Source: Octopus sinensis (Eukaryota). From it: 64,000 bases of DNA. Positions 37,215-51,865 of the stretch are shown one piece after another (within the stretch, counting starts at the first letter, position 1; every line of letters starts with the position of its first letter). Under the pieces are notes generated by a model, which did no database searches, had not been told where the DNA came from, and saw nothing but the letters and a program-made list of their open reading frames with translations. A program made the position numbers and the translations under genes. Location of the stretch: positions 47,058,001 to 47,122,000 of the forward strand of contig NC_043002.1 of assembly GCF_006345805.1 (NCBI RefSeq), given 5' to 3'.

Positions 37215-37733
37215 ATGTTTGTGCGTCTGTGTTTGTCCGCCCACTGTCGCTTGAAACCGATGCTGGTGTGTTTACGTCGCCGTAACTTAGCTGTTTGGCA
37301 AAATACACCGATAGAATAAGTACTAAGCTTACAAAGAATAAGTCCTGGGGTCGAGTTGTTCGACTAAAGGCGCTGCTCCAGCATGGCTGCAGCCAAATGA
37401 CTGAAACAGTTAAAAGAATATATGTATATATAAACTGGCAGTCTCTCGGTTATGACGACAAGGGTTCCACTTGACGCGATCAACAGTACATTTACGTGCA
37501 AATGGCTGAACGTGTCACAGATACGCGTAACCTTAACGTGGTTCTCAAGGATATTCAACGTGACACAGAATGTGACAAAGCTAGCCCTTTGAAGTACTTA
37601 TCTTTGCCAGCTGACTGGATTGGAGCAAAGTGAAATAAAGTGTATTGCTCAAGGACACAACACGCCACCGGGAATCAAAGTCAACGATCTAACGGAAGTG
37701 AGCCGAATAGCGCCAACTACTAAGCTACGCGCC

Positions 37734-37769
<36 letters not shown>

Positions 37770-38069
37770 TGTATGTGTGTGTGTTTGCGTCTTTATTTTC
37801 GTCACCCACCACTTGACAATCGGTGTTGATGTATTTACAACCTCGTAAGTAGAAATTCGGCAAAAGAGACTGACAGAATAAGTAACAGATTTAAAGCAAA
37901 TATGTACTGGGATTGATTTGTTCGACTAAAATTCCTCAAAGTGGTACCGATAGAAGTAAAAGAAAAGCTAAAAGACAAACGAAGTTGACTATATTGAGAC
38001 CGGTGAGTCAACAGAATATTGGTGGAACTTAAAAATGAAAGCAGTAACCAAGAGAAAACACTACCGGCC

Positions 38070-38420
38070 AGATATTGCTGTGTGGAACGATAAAGAAAAA
38101 ATATGTTCTATTGTGTAACTCAGCTGCCATCTGGACACCTATATTCTTGGAAAAATGCAAGAGAAAGAAGACATCTATGACAAGACAATTAATAAGGAGT
38201 TTGCAAATCTAGCATCCAAGATACACTTTCAGCCTCATACTAATTATCATTGGAGCAACAGGATGCATACCAACCCATCTGGAGAAAGGTAAGGTTGAAC
38301 TTGGGTTTTGGGGGAAAAATAACGTACATCCTTAATTCATACAGTACAGATGATCACAATATCTGGGACTATGAAAATCTTCAAGACTTTCTTAAGATTT
38401 AAAGGATGATGAGCAAGTAA
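38070..38420 (+). mobile_element. Decayed 3' fragment of an RLE-type non-LTR retrotransposon
   Basis: DIAVWNDKEKICSIV..SC; C-terminal QMITISGTMKIFKTFLRF, homologous to 2225-2640. Confidence 0.65.
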
Positions 38421-38541
38421 AATGGTCGTCCAAAATTTCGAACACAAAAAATAGTCAGAACAATTTCAGTCAGTAATGAGAGCTCACACTGCATAATTTT
38501 GAACAACTTTAAAAGCTTGAAATGGACAAATGTTATTCATG

Positions 38542-38584
<43 letters not shown>

Positions 38585-38822
38585 AAATCTGTTCTGTGTG
38601 TGTGTGGCTTCTAGGATCTCGGGCATCCTCCATCCGATTGCGCTCAAATTTGATATGTAGATACCGACGGTATCAGGGCATTTTGCTGGTGTCTCAAATT
38701 TCCGTTAAATCAGGGTTTCTCAAAGGGGAGGCCTATGGGACGGTCGGACAAGTTGTTTTGAGAAAATTGGTTTAAATGTTTAACAACTCAGCTCCGTCCA
38801 TTGGACGGAAGGCGTTTTGCTC

Positions 38823-38933
<111 letters not shown>

Positions 38934-39004
38934 TGACAGACATATATTCTCCGTATAGAATACACTTCGTAGTGCTCAAGAAATTTAAACTTGAGCAGGT
39001 AGAG

Positions 39005-39525
39005 GAGAAAATGTACTTACAAGTTAGGCAAGTCGATATACAAAAAATATTAGATACATTTAATACAAAAAATGTACATGCTTACATATAAAAAGATCCG
39101 ACTTACACAGAATAGAAATGATATCAGGAAGTCCAACAGCTGTTTCTGGGGGCTTGGTGGTCCAAAATAATGATTGTTCACAGAAAGGTGATTGTTGACA
39201 GAGGTGTTGACAGAAAGGAGATTAAAGATGGAATCCATCTTTAATCTCCTTTTTGTCAACACATCAAATATAAAATTTTTCCCTGAAGACGGAGGCTGGT
39301 ATTATCCAATTATGGCATCAGTTTAGAATCATTATTTAGGATGATCACGCTCTCAGAAACAGTTGTTGAACTCGTAAAACTCTTATTCAAGCCCTTTAAT
39401 TCCTGATATTATTTCTATTCTGTGTCAGTTGGACTTTTTTATGTGTAAACATATGTACATTTCTGTATTAAATGCATTTACCATTTTTGTAGATCGACTT
39501 GCCTAACTTGCTTATACTTAAATAT

Positions 39526-39592
<67 letters not shown>

Positions 39593-40790
39593 GGTGCAGG
39601 CATGGCTGTGGGGCAAGAAGCTTGCTTCCCAACGACATGGAATAAGTCTTGGTGTCGATTTCTTCGACTAAAGGTGATGCTCCAGCATGGCCGCAGTCAA
39701 ATGACTGAAACAAGTAAAAGAGTATAAAAGAGCATATATATATATAAATGGAGTTAAACGCAGGTGATATTCAAATTCTTTTACTTCCGACACATGTTTC
39801 GAAGACAACATTGGTATTATTCCAAAGGAATAAAATGGGGTAAAACAATGTAATCTTCTCATCAGGGAAAGAAAAAACTCAGCAATAAGGCATTTTAACA
39901 GATGAACGGAACGCTATTAAGTTTTTTTTTCAAAAACCGTTAGAGGATTTGCGTCAAAGGTAGCCTATAGAAAGAGGAGGGTAAAGAAAGAAATATGCAG
40001 AAAACTATTAAATGAGAAATATAGAGCGATATATGAATTAAATAAAAGCTTAAAAGCTTGGAAAAAGATACATCTAGTGGAAGTGAAATGCATGAAGAAA
40101 ATCAATGTTCAAATTATATATAATGGTAGATATTACTTATATGAACTAAAGGTATGTTTCTGCCAATGTTTGCATCGATAAGCACGCTCTAAGAGTTTTA
40201 CGAGTCCAACATATATACTTATGAAATGGCAGACCAGTTCCCAAGCATGAATGGTGGTCTATGATGATTGTATACTCTACCTTCAAAATGTTTCTGACCA
40301 AGTATAAGCAAGTTAGGCAAGTCGATCTACAAAAAATGTATGTATGTTTACACATAAAAAGGTCCAACTTACACAGAATTGAAATGATATCAGGAATTAA
40401 AGAGCTTGAATAAGAGTTTTACGAGTTCAACATATATACTTTATGAAATGGCAGACAGGTTCCCAAGCTTCATTGGAAGTCTATATCGTGATGCTTGTTT
40501 GCTCTACCTTCAAAATGTTTCTGACCAGAAAGTACAAAAGGTTAAGAATAGTTTAATTAAGTTTTCCCGTAGAATGGGCTTAAGAATCGGTTTTGATGAT
40601 GATGTAACGAAAGCCAACTTTTTAGATATTACACTTAACTTACACAATAATTCATACTTCCCATACCACAAACCACCGACCAATCTTAAGCATATTAGGC
40701 AATTCAGTAATCATTCTAGGGCAATCACTAAGAACTCAATTAAGAATATTTCATTTAGATTGTCTAAGTTAATAAATACATGTAGGTGAC
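39005..40790. mobile_element. Mosaic of Penelope pLTR pieces and an RT-thumb fragment
   Basis: Segment aagttaggcaagtcgat..cttacacagaa at 39010 (+), 39365-39520 (-) and 40300 (+); 40530-40780 encodes ANFLDITLNL..YFPYHKP..SNH..KNISFRLSKL. Confidence 0.75.
39784..39871 (-). ncRNA. Type I hammerhead ribozyme motif with extended stem II
   Basis: Minus strand uuucc-CUGAUGA-GAAGA..ACAUUG...CAAUGU..UCUUC-GAAA-C-AUGU-G-UC-ggaag; 5-bp stem I; adjacent to Penelope 3' sequence. Confidence 0.75.
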
Positions 40791-41016
40791 GTATTATAAA
40801 TGTTTATTTACAGACACATGCGCACACACACATACAAAAACACACATGCGTTATTACTTTCTAAAGCTGCTGGAAAGTCCCTCGTGGACATAATTTCACA
40901 GCGAATCGAAACATATATGGATGTGCGTCCATATATTATTATTTATAACCCACACTTTATTCAATTATATGCTATACTCTCAAATTATGGATGGTTATTT
41001 TTTTATCTCTTTATAG

Positions 41017-41095
41017 CGGAACCAGTTAAAAGCTGTAAAACAAGTAACATTCAGGGATGTATGCAGAGAAGAATGTATATGAAGAGTTCATGCAG
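41017..41095 (+). CDS. Host gene exon 4 (TEPVKSCKTSNIQGCMQRRMYMKSSC-R), type A, phase 1 to 2
   Basis: Acceptor ttttatctctttatag|CG, donor AG|GTAATA; three Cys in module spacing. Confidence 0.85.
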
Positions 41096-43852
41096 GTAAT
41101 ATTAAATACAGTCTTTGAATTGTCATGTATTTCAACCACTATACAACGGCAGGCAAGTCAATATGATATTGAGCTAACAGCTATCAAAATAACGTAAGCG
41201 AAGGGATCACAATCAAAATGATAATTAGTGATAGCTCAGCCCACATGATTTGCTATCAAAGCTATTCTGTAAAACACATGAAGAAATACTGTTTTAAATT
41301 TTGGCACAAAGCCTGCAAGTTTGGGGTAGGGTTAAGGTAAGTCGATTACATTGACCTCAGTGCTCAACTAGTACTTATTTTATTGACCTCAAAAGGATGA
41401 AAGCAAAGTTGATCTCGGCGGAATTTGAACTCAGAAGGTAAAGATGGACGAAGTACCGCTAAACATTTTGTCCAGTGCGCAAACGAAGAAATAGTAAAAA
41501 ATATAGTAAAAATAATGTTGTACTAAGGTAGTCAGGTGTTCTCTCATTTGGTATTATCTAAACATGGAAATCAATTGGGTGTTTTCTTTGCCGTTTGTAA
41601 ATCCAAATAACCAAATGGAAAATGCATACAAGATAAAAAAAGAACACAAAACAAAACAAAAACAAAGAACAAAAGAAAAAACAAAAACATATATATACCG
41701 AATATTGTTATCAGTCTTATGTAAGTTAACGATACATCAACAAAAGCATTTAGATCACATAGACAAAACTACATTAGATAGAAAAGCACTATTTGTTGAC
41801 TTGGACCAAATAATGACAACAGCGAAAACACATACCCATATATAAACATATCATATATTTTACATACAGCATGCACTACAGCACATTTACTTCGTCAGTT
41901 TGGAGATTATAGGTTTTTGGTACCTTCCGACAATAATTCTTCCTAAAAAAGTGCCGTATTTAGTTTTAACCGCGTTTTTACTGTTATATATGCAGGCATC
42001 AGACCAAACTGAATGTAACCATAGTCAATCTAACTACGTAACGTCAATTTAATCTTACTATTTTCTAAGGACTTTTTCTTTGCTCTCAGATTTGCTATTT
42101 CTCCCCATACCCAAAATGTAGCATCCGCTCTCTTTCTCTCTCTGGAAGTCACCAATCATTGCTTTGCTATTCTTCATATGTCCAATACAATCCAAATAAG
42201 ATCTTGTGATATTGTGAATCTGTATAATGATGCATAGAGATACGCGCACTTATAGTACACCAGCATACTGTACAAAATTCTTTTCACCAACTTTAATATG
42301 CACCCACATCCATACTATATTATTGAATTATTCAGATAAGGATGGCGGTTCAGGGCTGTGATTTTTCTGAACTCTTCTGGAGTGCTGAGAACAATGATGT
42401 GCAGTTAAAATATCTGTGGAGCGATGTCCTGAAGAAGTTGAGAGGTGGGGTTGAGAATTCTACAAATTTTTATTTCTGGAGGAGTGTGCAAAGTGTTAGT
42501 GCAGTTTGAGAAGGGATGAGATATATTACAGGAATAAAAATGGGATGCGTCGATGGACTTGGATCAAAGAGAATATGTGACCATATGGTTTAGAAGAGCA
42601 GAAACAGTAGGAGTGATAGAAGAAGCAAAGTAGTAAAAAATACATCTGTCAGCTAGCGATTATAGCGCGTTCCTGAATGAGTCCTTTTAGATTCTTTGTG
42701 TTATTTAGTCCAAATCAGTGCTGATCGTGCAAACGCATCTTCAAAGGCACTGTTACCATGACCTCCTCGCCTATCTTCACACACACACACGCGCGCGCGC
42801 ACGCGCACGCACACATGTACGTATGTATGCGTGCCTGCATGCATGTATGTACGTATGTATGTATGTATATATGTATGTATGTATGTATGTAAGAGTACAA
42901 TGTACAATACATCCATCCTTTTCTGAAGACGGTAAAATATGAGTCATGAGAACTTGGCTGCTATTTTTCACAGGTAAAGTTACATCGTAGAGGTTATCTC
43001 GCCTCGTTGGTTAGTCCTTTTAGAAGTTGCCTCAAGTGTGTGTAACAACTTCGTTTCAGACATGACAGCAGTGCTCCTGTGATGATCTTATTGAGTTTAG
43101 TACAGATCAAAAACTGATCATGACTGAAATATTTTCTCTCACCATCGAGAAATTCAAGCGTTTGAAATGCAAATTTGGTCGCTATCAAAATTTCATAAGA
43201 CGGTAACCGAGTTTGCATTTGTTAAGAAATTTGATTGTATTTTTTAAGTCTAAGGAGATTGTTGCACAAGCCTGTTTCTTTGACATGTGTAGTAACAGAG
43301 CATTGGTACAGCCGAAGGAGGCTAGACTGGCATGGAATAAGTTTTCAGGGTTTGCTTATACGACAGTAAAAATCGGGAGTAAGATGTCTAGGTCACTCGT
43401 ATATGTAACCTATATCCAGGATACTAACTTCTAACTCAAGATACGAGAGATTAATAGAGCCTTTAGAGCGGCGATTCTTAACATTTCACGATTCCAGAAC
43501 ACCAAAAGTTGATTTATAGATTATGGGTTTTTAAATAGCGAACACTTTCATGACTACTATTGATACTTTGTGCCTAATATTATTCTTGAAAACTACCTCT
43601 TCTGATTCCATACAATAGTAAAATCGAAGGTTTGGACTTAGATATATCCAGCTGGTTTTGCGTAAATATATACACATATACACATTCATATATATGTGTG
43701 TGTGTGTGGTGTCTGTGATAATACGATTATAAAAGAATGTAGGCCTTAGAGATTCGACGCATAAAAACATGCAGTTATTGTTCTTTGTTGATATAAACTG
43801 CTAATATTATGAAGCTGTTGTATGGTAATTTAAATATCTTTTCCTTTTTCAG

Positions 43853-43944
43853 GTCTCTTAAAATGATGAAAGATTGTTTGTATCGACAAAAGTGTACCGA
43901 GCATTATCAACTGTTCGAAAATTACTACACAAATAGTTGCCTTA
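43853..43944 (+). CDS. Host gene exon 5 (SLKMMKDCLYRQKCTEHYQLFENYYTNSCL), type B, phase 2 to 1
   Basis: Acceptor ttttcctttttcag|G, donor A|GTAGGT; C-x5-C-x14-C spacing. Confidence 0.85.
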
Positions 43945-44124
43945 GTAGGTATTTTTTTTCTATTTAAAGCTTTCAAAGTTATTATTTAAGAAATGTAATG
44001 CACAGTTGAAATACTATTATAATTATTAAATTTCTCAGAAAAGCTTGACACCTTTTCATTTTGATTTCAAACTCTAAACGGAGATAAAAATAATATTTTT
44101 AAAAATAGCTTAATTTTAAATTGG

Positions 44125-44187
<63 letters not shown>

Positions 44188-44378
44188 AAAATAAGATAGG
44201 GATTATGAGGGTAACCCACTATGGGATATCAGTTATCCAATATATTATTAATTTGCATATTGATGCATATTGTTTTGTTCGATTTTGATGTTCCTATTTA
44301 TATAGTTAATAAATAATATGAAATGGTAATATCTGTAAGTTGATGATTGAAATGAATTTGTTCTTCCATTTTCTTATT

Positions 44379-44455
<77 letters not shown>

Positions 44456-44556
44456 ATGTACTTGCATAGCAAGTGACTTGATCTGAGATCGTGCGCTGAA
44501 ACAAAAATAATAGCAGCATGGAAGATGTTTATAAGCCATTTAAGAACACACAAAAG

Positions 44557-44722
44557 ACCGTCAGATTCACTTCAACATTTAAATTTAATTTGTGTCAAAA
44601 TATTTTCGTCGCTTTGAAACCGTGACCTGTTCACTGACAAAACTTTGTGCTTCGCGGTTTCAAGGCGAAGAAAATATTTTGAGACAAATTATAAATTTAA
44701 ATGTTGAAGTGAATCTGACGGT
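44557..44722. repeat. Imperfect inverted repeat, ~70-bp arms
   Basis: 44557-44625 vs 44652-44722; same repeat family, non-inverted, at 34300-34490. Confidence 0.85.
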
Positions 44723-44884
44723 TAGAAATTACTTTCGTATTATTACTTGCTAATTGGGCATTTGAGTGTTTTTTAATCAGAAGCAGGTTTTCTAATTATT
44801 AGTAAATTTAAATTTCTTCTAATCTATATTTATAAAATCTAAACATATCAATACTAGAGTGTACCTATCGTCATTTTTTTTTAG

Positions 44885-44960
44885 ACATTACTTGTTACAC
44901 GAGGCATGTAATGATCTGTGATGGTTCACCAGCAGATGACACTATAGAAGGTATATGTCG
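44885..44960 (+). CDS. Host gene exon 6 (NITCYTRHVMICDGSPADDTIEGIC-R), type A, phase 1 to 2
   Basis: Acceptor T-tract ag|AC, donor CG|GTAAGT; N-I-T sequon formed across the junction. Confidence 0.88.
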
Positions 44961-45267
44961 GTAAGTAAATTAATAATATTTAAGTATCTAACTTAACGAA
45001 TTGTTGATTTTGATAATTTTTTATATGCGTACATAAGATGGCGGGATTTTATTTTCCAAAAGAAGTTGAAATTATAAAAGTAAGAGTATACATTGACACA
45101 TAATCTATATGTATACAAATATGAAATCTATATAGGAGAGACACCCATACGTCCTCGCGTGCGTGCGTGTGTGTGTGTATGTGTATGTGCGCGTGCACGT
45201 GTATAAACCTGTATTATTCTTTTTTAATTTTCTATTAGTTCCAGTTCAATAGATGCCCTCATTAAGA

Positions 45268-45535
45268 CGGCGAGCTGGCAGAAACGTTAGCACGCCGGGC
45301 GAAATGCGTAGCCGTATTTCGTCTGCCGTTACGTTCTGAGTTCAAATTCCGCCGGGGTCGACTTTGCCTTTCATCCTTTCGGGGTCGATTAAATAAGTAC
45401 CAGTTATGCACTGGGGTCGATATAATCGACTTAATCCGTTTGTCTATCCTTGTTTGTCCTCTCTGTGTTTAGCCCCTTGTGGGTAGTAAAGAAATAGGTA
45501 TTTCGTCTGTCTTTACGTTCCGAGTTCAAATTCAG
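45268..45535 (+). mobile_element. SINE family 2 copy
   Basis: Matches 757-1020. Confidence 0.85.
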
Positions 45536-45589
45536 CCAAGAGGGCAAGTCAAATTTTGTGATAGTAACTACTGATAGTAAGACCTAGAA

Positions 45590-46278
45590 GTGTTGTGCAA
45601 CGAATTGTAGCTCGTTTAAAATCATCAGGATCAACAGACGCTAAACCCAAAGCTGTTCATAACTGGCAGACCTCGTAAAACTTCACCAAGACAGGATCGT
45701 ATTATGGCCAGAATATTACTGAAGGATAAATTTAAGAGTGCTGCTGAGATATCGTGCAACTTTTTGCGATGTCAACGTATCGCGCAAAGCAGTTTCTCGG
45801 AGGTTACGAGATTCTGGGTTGCTTGCTCGGGCATCGGCAAAAAAACCTCTGATCTTCAAGAAGAGTCAAAGAGCCAGTCCTCGTTTCGCTCACGAACATG
45901 TCGTTTGGACAGATTTTAGCGATGAATCGAAGTTTAATGTGATTGGTTCCGATGCCGGGATGTACGTCCGATGAAGAAGTGGCGAAAGGTTATCTCGTGC
46001 ATATGTGAAGAAGACAATGAAATATGGAGGAGGCAGTGTAATGGTACGGGCAGTGATTTCTGCTGCTGGTTCTGGTCCACTTATCTGCCTACAAGGGACT
46101 GTCAATGCTAAAATCTACAAGCAGATTCTTTGACAGCATGCCCTCCCACATCTCCGATCCTCGTCAGATCAACCTCCTATCTTTGTGCAGGACAACGCTC
46201 CTTGTCACACTACGAAGAGAGTCAAAGATTTTTGAGTGATGAAGAGGGTTGATCTCATGGACTGGCCACTTCGAAGTT
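45590..46278 (+). mobile_element. Decayed Tc1-family transposase, truncated at the 3' end
   Basis: GRPRKTSPRQDR, SRRLRDSGL..KKP, FSDESKF, KYGGGSVMV, FVQDNAPCH, MDWP; stops and frameshifts. Confidence 0.9.
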
Positions 46279-46289
46279 CCTCATCAATG

Positions 46290-47830
46290 TCCTCGATATA
46301 TTCTTGATGCCCTTTAGAATTTCTCCTCTGTTCTCTTTGGTCTCTACAGAGACGATGCTCTGGCAATCTTTAGAGGAGCCAACGGGCACACCCTGGACAA
46401 GTTTAGGAAAGATCTAATTAGACTCCTGGCTCTTATGGGACTGAAAATTACTATCGAGATCAATCTTACCACCGCGGACTTTTTAGACGTTACGCTCGAC
46501 TTGGACCCCGGTACATACAAGCTCTACCGTAAACCAAATGAGAAACTGACGTACATCAACACAGCTTCCTACCACCCACCCATCGTGTTAAAAAAATCTG
46601 ATGAGGGGTCAGGATCACGAGCCTTTCCTCTTGCCAAAGGATTTTTGACGCAGCAGCCCCTACTATAAAGAGGCACTAGCTGCTACCGGGTTTAGAGACC
46701 GCGTCTCCTACATGCCAGACCCTATCATCCACAAAAGGAAGTACCGCAGAAATATCATTTGGTTTTTCCTCCGCCCTTCTCCCTCATCATAAAAATATGT
46801 GTAGGTAGATATTACTTTGGCTATTAGATAAAAACTTCACACGTTCACATAGGTACGGACGCATTTTCAATAGACAACCTAAGAGTCTATTTTATCTGCG
46901 CCCCCAAATTTAAGAGTATTCTAAGTAACAACCCTAGTCCACGATCGAAGGCGAGATGCTCATGCAAGGACTATAACAAATGCCCACTGAGAGGCCATTG
47001 TGAAACCAAGGGATTCGCCTATGAAGCTAAGGCGGTAGCCGACCCTAGAAGCAGTAGTAACAACAACAGCTTTCCCAACGACTACTACTGTAGTAGGAAT
47101 GACTGTACCAATAGCAACAACAGAATCATGAACAGAAATAGCAGCAGCACCACCGCCAGCGATAACAACAACATCAACGAGAGCAACAGCAGTATCTCTT
47201 ACAGAAATAACAGCAGACGCATCGCCAATAATAACAATTAAAACAGTGACAGCATCACCCACCACGATGGCCGACAACAGCTCCAGCAACACCAACGGCG
47301 ATGGCCATAACACCAAAAAATAGCGCCACCACCGATGATGTCCCCTAAGCCAGTATTAACAGCACTGGCTCCAGCACCAACACCAACACCAACACCAACA
47401 ACACCAGTACCAACAACAACATTAGCAGCAGCGTCTTTACCAGCAGAAACATCGTCAACACCCGCAAACAGAAATACATCGGATGTTCCGGTAACACGTT
47501 CAAGAAACGCCTCTCCAACTACAGTTCCTCTTTCAGGATCCCAGAAAGAAGATATACTACGTCCTTAGCCAGCCATGTATGGAGGCCGAAGAACGATAAA
47601 ACTCCAGACGTAGTATCATGGAAGATCCTAGAAAATCCAGGCCCCTTCATAAATGGGACCAAACATTGTAAACTGTGCATAGCCAAACGGACGAGGATAT
47701 TAAATGACTCCTTCGATCCGGGGTACATTCTTAACTCCAGGACGGAGATCTTCGGACTCTGCTTGCACATCAGGAAATTCATGCTGGTGTTCTGGGATCC
47801 ATACGCCAACAGGGTCAATCACGAATAACA
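46290..47830 (+). mobile_element. Penelope-like element remnant (RT with YRDD, GIY-YIG split by a low-complexity insert)
   Basis: GLYRDDALAI, DFLDVTLDL..YRKPNE..YIN..S.HPP; CPLRGHC..AYEA; KYIGCSGNTFKKRLSNY; CKLC; NSRTEIFGLCLH. Confidence 0.9.
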
Positions 47831-48010
47831 GCCAAAGGTAGACAACCACCTGTAGTTGACAAAGAGTAACGAAGTCTTTTCCGCATCCATTTTCTAGAGA
47901 GGCCACTTGTTAGAAAACCCATAGGCCAACAGGTTAAGGGTCTGATGAAAGGCTGTAAAGCTAAGCGCTTGATGGGCGTAAAACCTCAGGGTAACCCTAC
48001 AGACCAGCCA

Positions 48011-48097
<87 letters not shown>

Positions 48098-48145
48098 ACT
48101 ATGTATGTATGCATACAAAAATATATATACTATACGCATACACAC

Positions 48146-48196
<51 letters not shown>

Positions 48197-48501
48197 TACA
48201 TATATATGTTGACATACAATATATATATATGTATATAGTCCATTAAAACACAACAAAGAAAAAGATAAAGAAAAAACAAACAAACGAATGTGTGAACGTA
48301 GCACAAGCAATGTATTAATAAGATGCTCAGAGATGGAAAAGAGCATTAGTTTTATGTTTCAAGTATAGCTCTTCCTCAGAAACAGGAAAAACAGGAAAGT
48401 CCAAGATGAAGGAGGAAAAGAATTGCTAACAATCAAGTGCAGTTACATTTAAAGTGACATATACATGCATGCATGCATGCATACATACATACATACATAC
48501 A

Positions 48502-49860
<1,359 letters not shown>

Positions 49861-49956
49861 ATGATTCTTGTAAGGATATATATATATAATATATATATAT
49901 ATATATTATATATATATATATATACCGAAATACCTTCCCTTATATATGTACATATG

Positions 49957-50016
<60 letters not shown>

Positions 50017-50041
50017 ATATATATGTGTGTGTATATATATG

Positions 50042-50074
<33 letters not shown>

Positions 50075-50253
50075 GACAATTCGGCTTTGAAATAAAACCT
50101 AGAAGTTCCAGACACCCAGCTGAATAATTAACAGAAACTGACTTTGCTGATGACATCGCTCTTGTCAGTGATTCTCTTTCCAATGCCCAGTCTCTTTTAC
50201 AATCTCTCGAACAAGCCTCAAATTGTGTAGGTCTTTACATATCTATGTATATA

Positions 50254-50312
<59 letters not shown>

Positions 50313-50571
50313 TATAAACAGCAGTTTTCATTGTTTCTCTAAAAGGAGGATTATTATTGCCAATAACTGTGACTAGGGTGTTAGAAAACACCTACATTGC
50401 TAGAAATGAGCCTTACAATTCTCTAAAGTACATAAATGAAAACATATACGCTAACAGGGACCTTAATCGTCCGAAAAGTACCGATCGAGGATTCTTTATA
50501 CTGATGTCAGTTTCAGCAATTACTGTTTGCCTATTCAGTAGAGACTGGGTCGAAAGGTCGGCTCTTTTCGG

Positions 50572-51395
50572 ACAATTCGGCTTTGAAATAAAACCTAAAA
50601 GTTCCAGACATCCAGCTGAATAATTAACAGACACTGACTTTGCTGATGACATCGCTCTTGTCAGTGATTCTCTTTCCAATGCCCAGTCTCTTTTACAATC
50701 TCTCGAACAAGCCTCAAATTGTGTAGGTCTTTACCTCAATGAGACCAAAACTAAATATGTAAACAAGTACCTGTCCAACAGTGATTTCATCATCCATACT
50801 CTCAACAATACGCCCTTAAATATGGTTTCTGATTACAAATATCTTGGGTCATACATATCATCATCTAGAAAAGATTTTCTAACTAGAAAGGGTATGACCG
50901 GGTCAGCCTGTAATGATATGCATAAGATCTGGTCATCAAATCTAAGTAGAGACTTCAAACTTAAAATCTTCAAAGCCACAGTCGAACCAATTCGACTATA
51001 TGGCTCAGATACTTGGACGTTATCAAAGAAACTTGAGAGGCGGTTGGATGGAACTTACATTCACCTCCTTATGAGAGCTCAAAATCTCTCGTGGAAGCGT
51101 CATCCAACCAAAATACAAATAAATGGGAAACTACCACCTGTATCATCTCTTGTGAAAGGTAGGAGAGTCCAGTTTGCTGGACATTGTTGTAGAGCTGAAA
51201 ACGAGGCAATTTCTACTCTTCTCCTCTGGAAGCCATCTACTCGCCATACCAGAGGGCGCACACTCTCCTACAGTGATGTAATCTTTAGGGATACAAGCAT
51301 CCAGCAACAGGACTTCCGTAATGCTATGATGGACCGTGAAGTCTGGCGCAGCATAGTAAATGCCAGTGTCTCGACCACGGTCGAACAATGATGAT
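50572..51395 (+). mobile_element. 5'-truncated RTE-group LINE 3' portion; its first 164 bp are duplicated at 50075-50238
   Basis: [35 protein letters not shown]; ends in (GAT)n. Confidence 0.88.
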
Positions 51396-51492
<97 letters not shown>

Positions 51493-51659
51493 ATATTTAT
51501 ATATTTAGAATAACACCTACGCAAATTTTATAAACGAAATATTCAAAAGAGATGTTTCATGAATTGAACAGTGACTACTACCATGCACAGCGGGTCATTT
51601 TGGGAGCAGCACAACCGACCATTCAACATACTTCTGTCATGGCACTCTCACATTATTTT

Positions 51660-51865
51660 TCTTCTTCTTCTTCTTCTTCTTCTTCTTCTTCTTCTTCTTC
51701 TTCTTCTTCTTCTTTTCTTCTTCTTCTTCCTTCTTCTTCTTCTTCTTCTTCTTCTTCTTCTTCTTCTTCTTTTTCTTCTTCTTCTTCTTCTTCTTCTTTT
51801 TCTTCTTCTTCTTCTTCTTCTTCTTCTTCTTCTTCTTCTTCTTCTTCTTCTTCTTCTTCTTCTTC
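51660..51865. repeat. (TTC)n trinucleotide tract, ~205 bp
   Basis: Direct reading; a few TTTT/CC interruptions. Confidence 0.98.

Noticed and set aside
39283-39370. CUGAAGA...GAAAC-AGUU-GUU motif
   Set aside because: Stem I and the base of stem II are mismatched; treated as a degenerate relative only.
42340-43500. Protein-like ORFs (42994-43218 minus, 43213-43434 plus) and a possible LINE2 3' remnant
   Set aside because: No recognisable motifs or splice support.
47935-47985. CUGAUGA after the Penelope ORF
   Set aside because: The GAAA half-core is absent (reads CUAAG).
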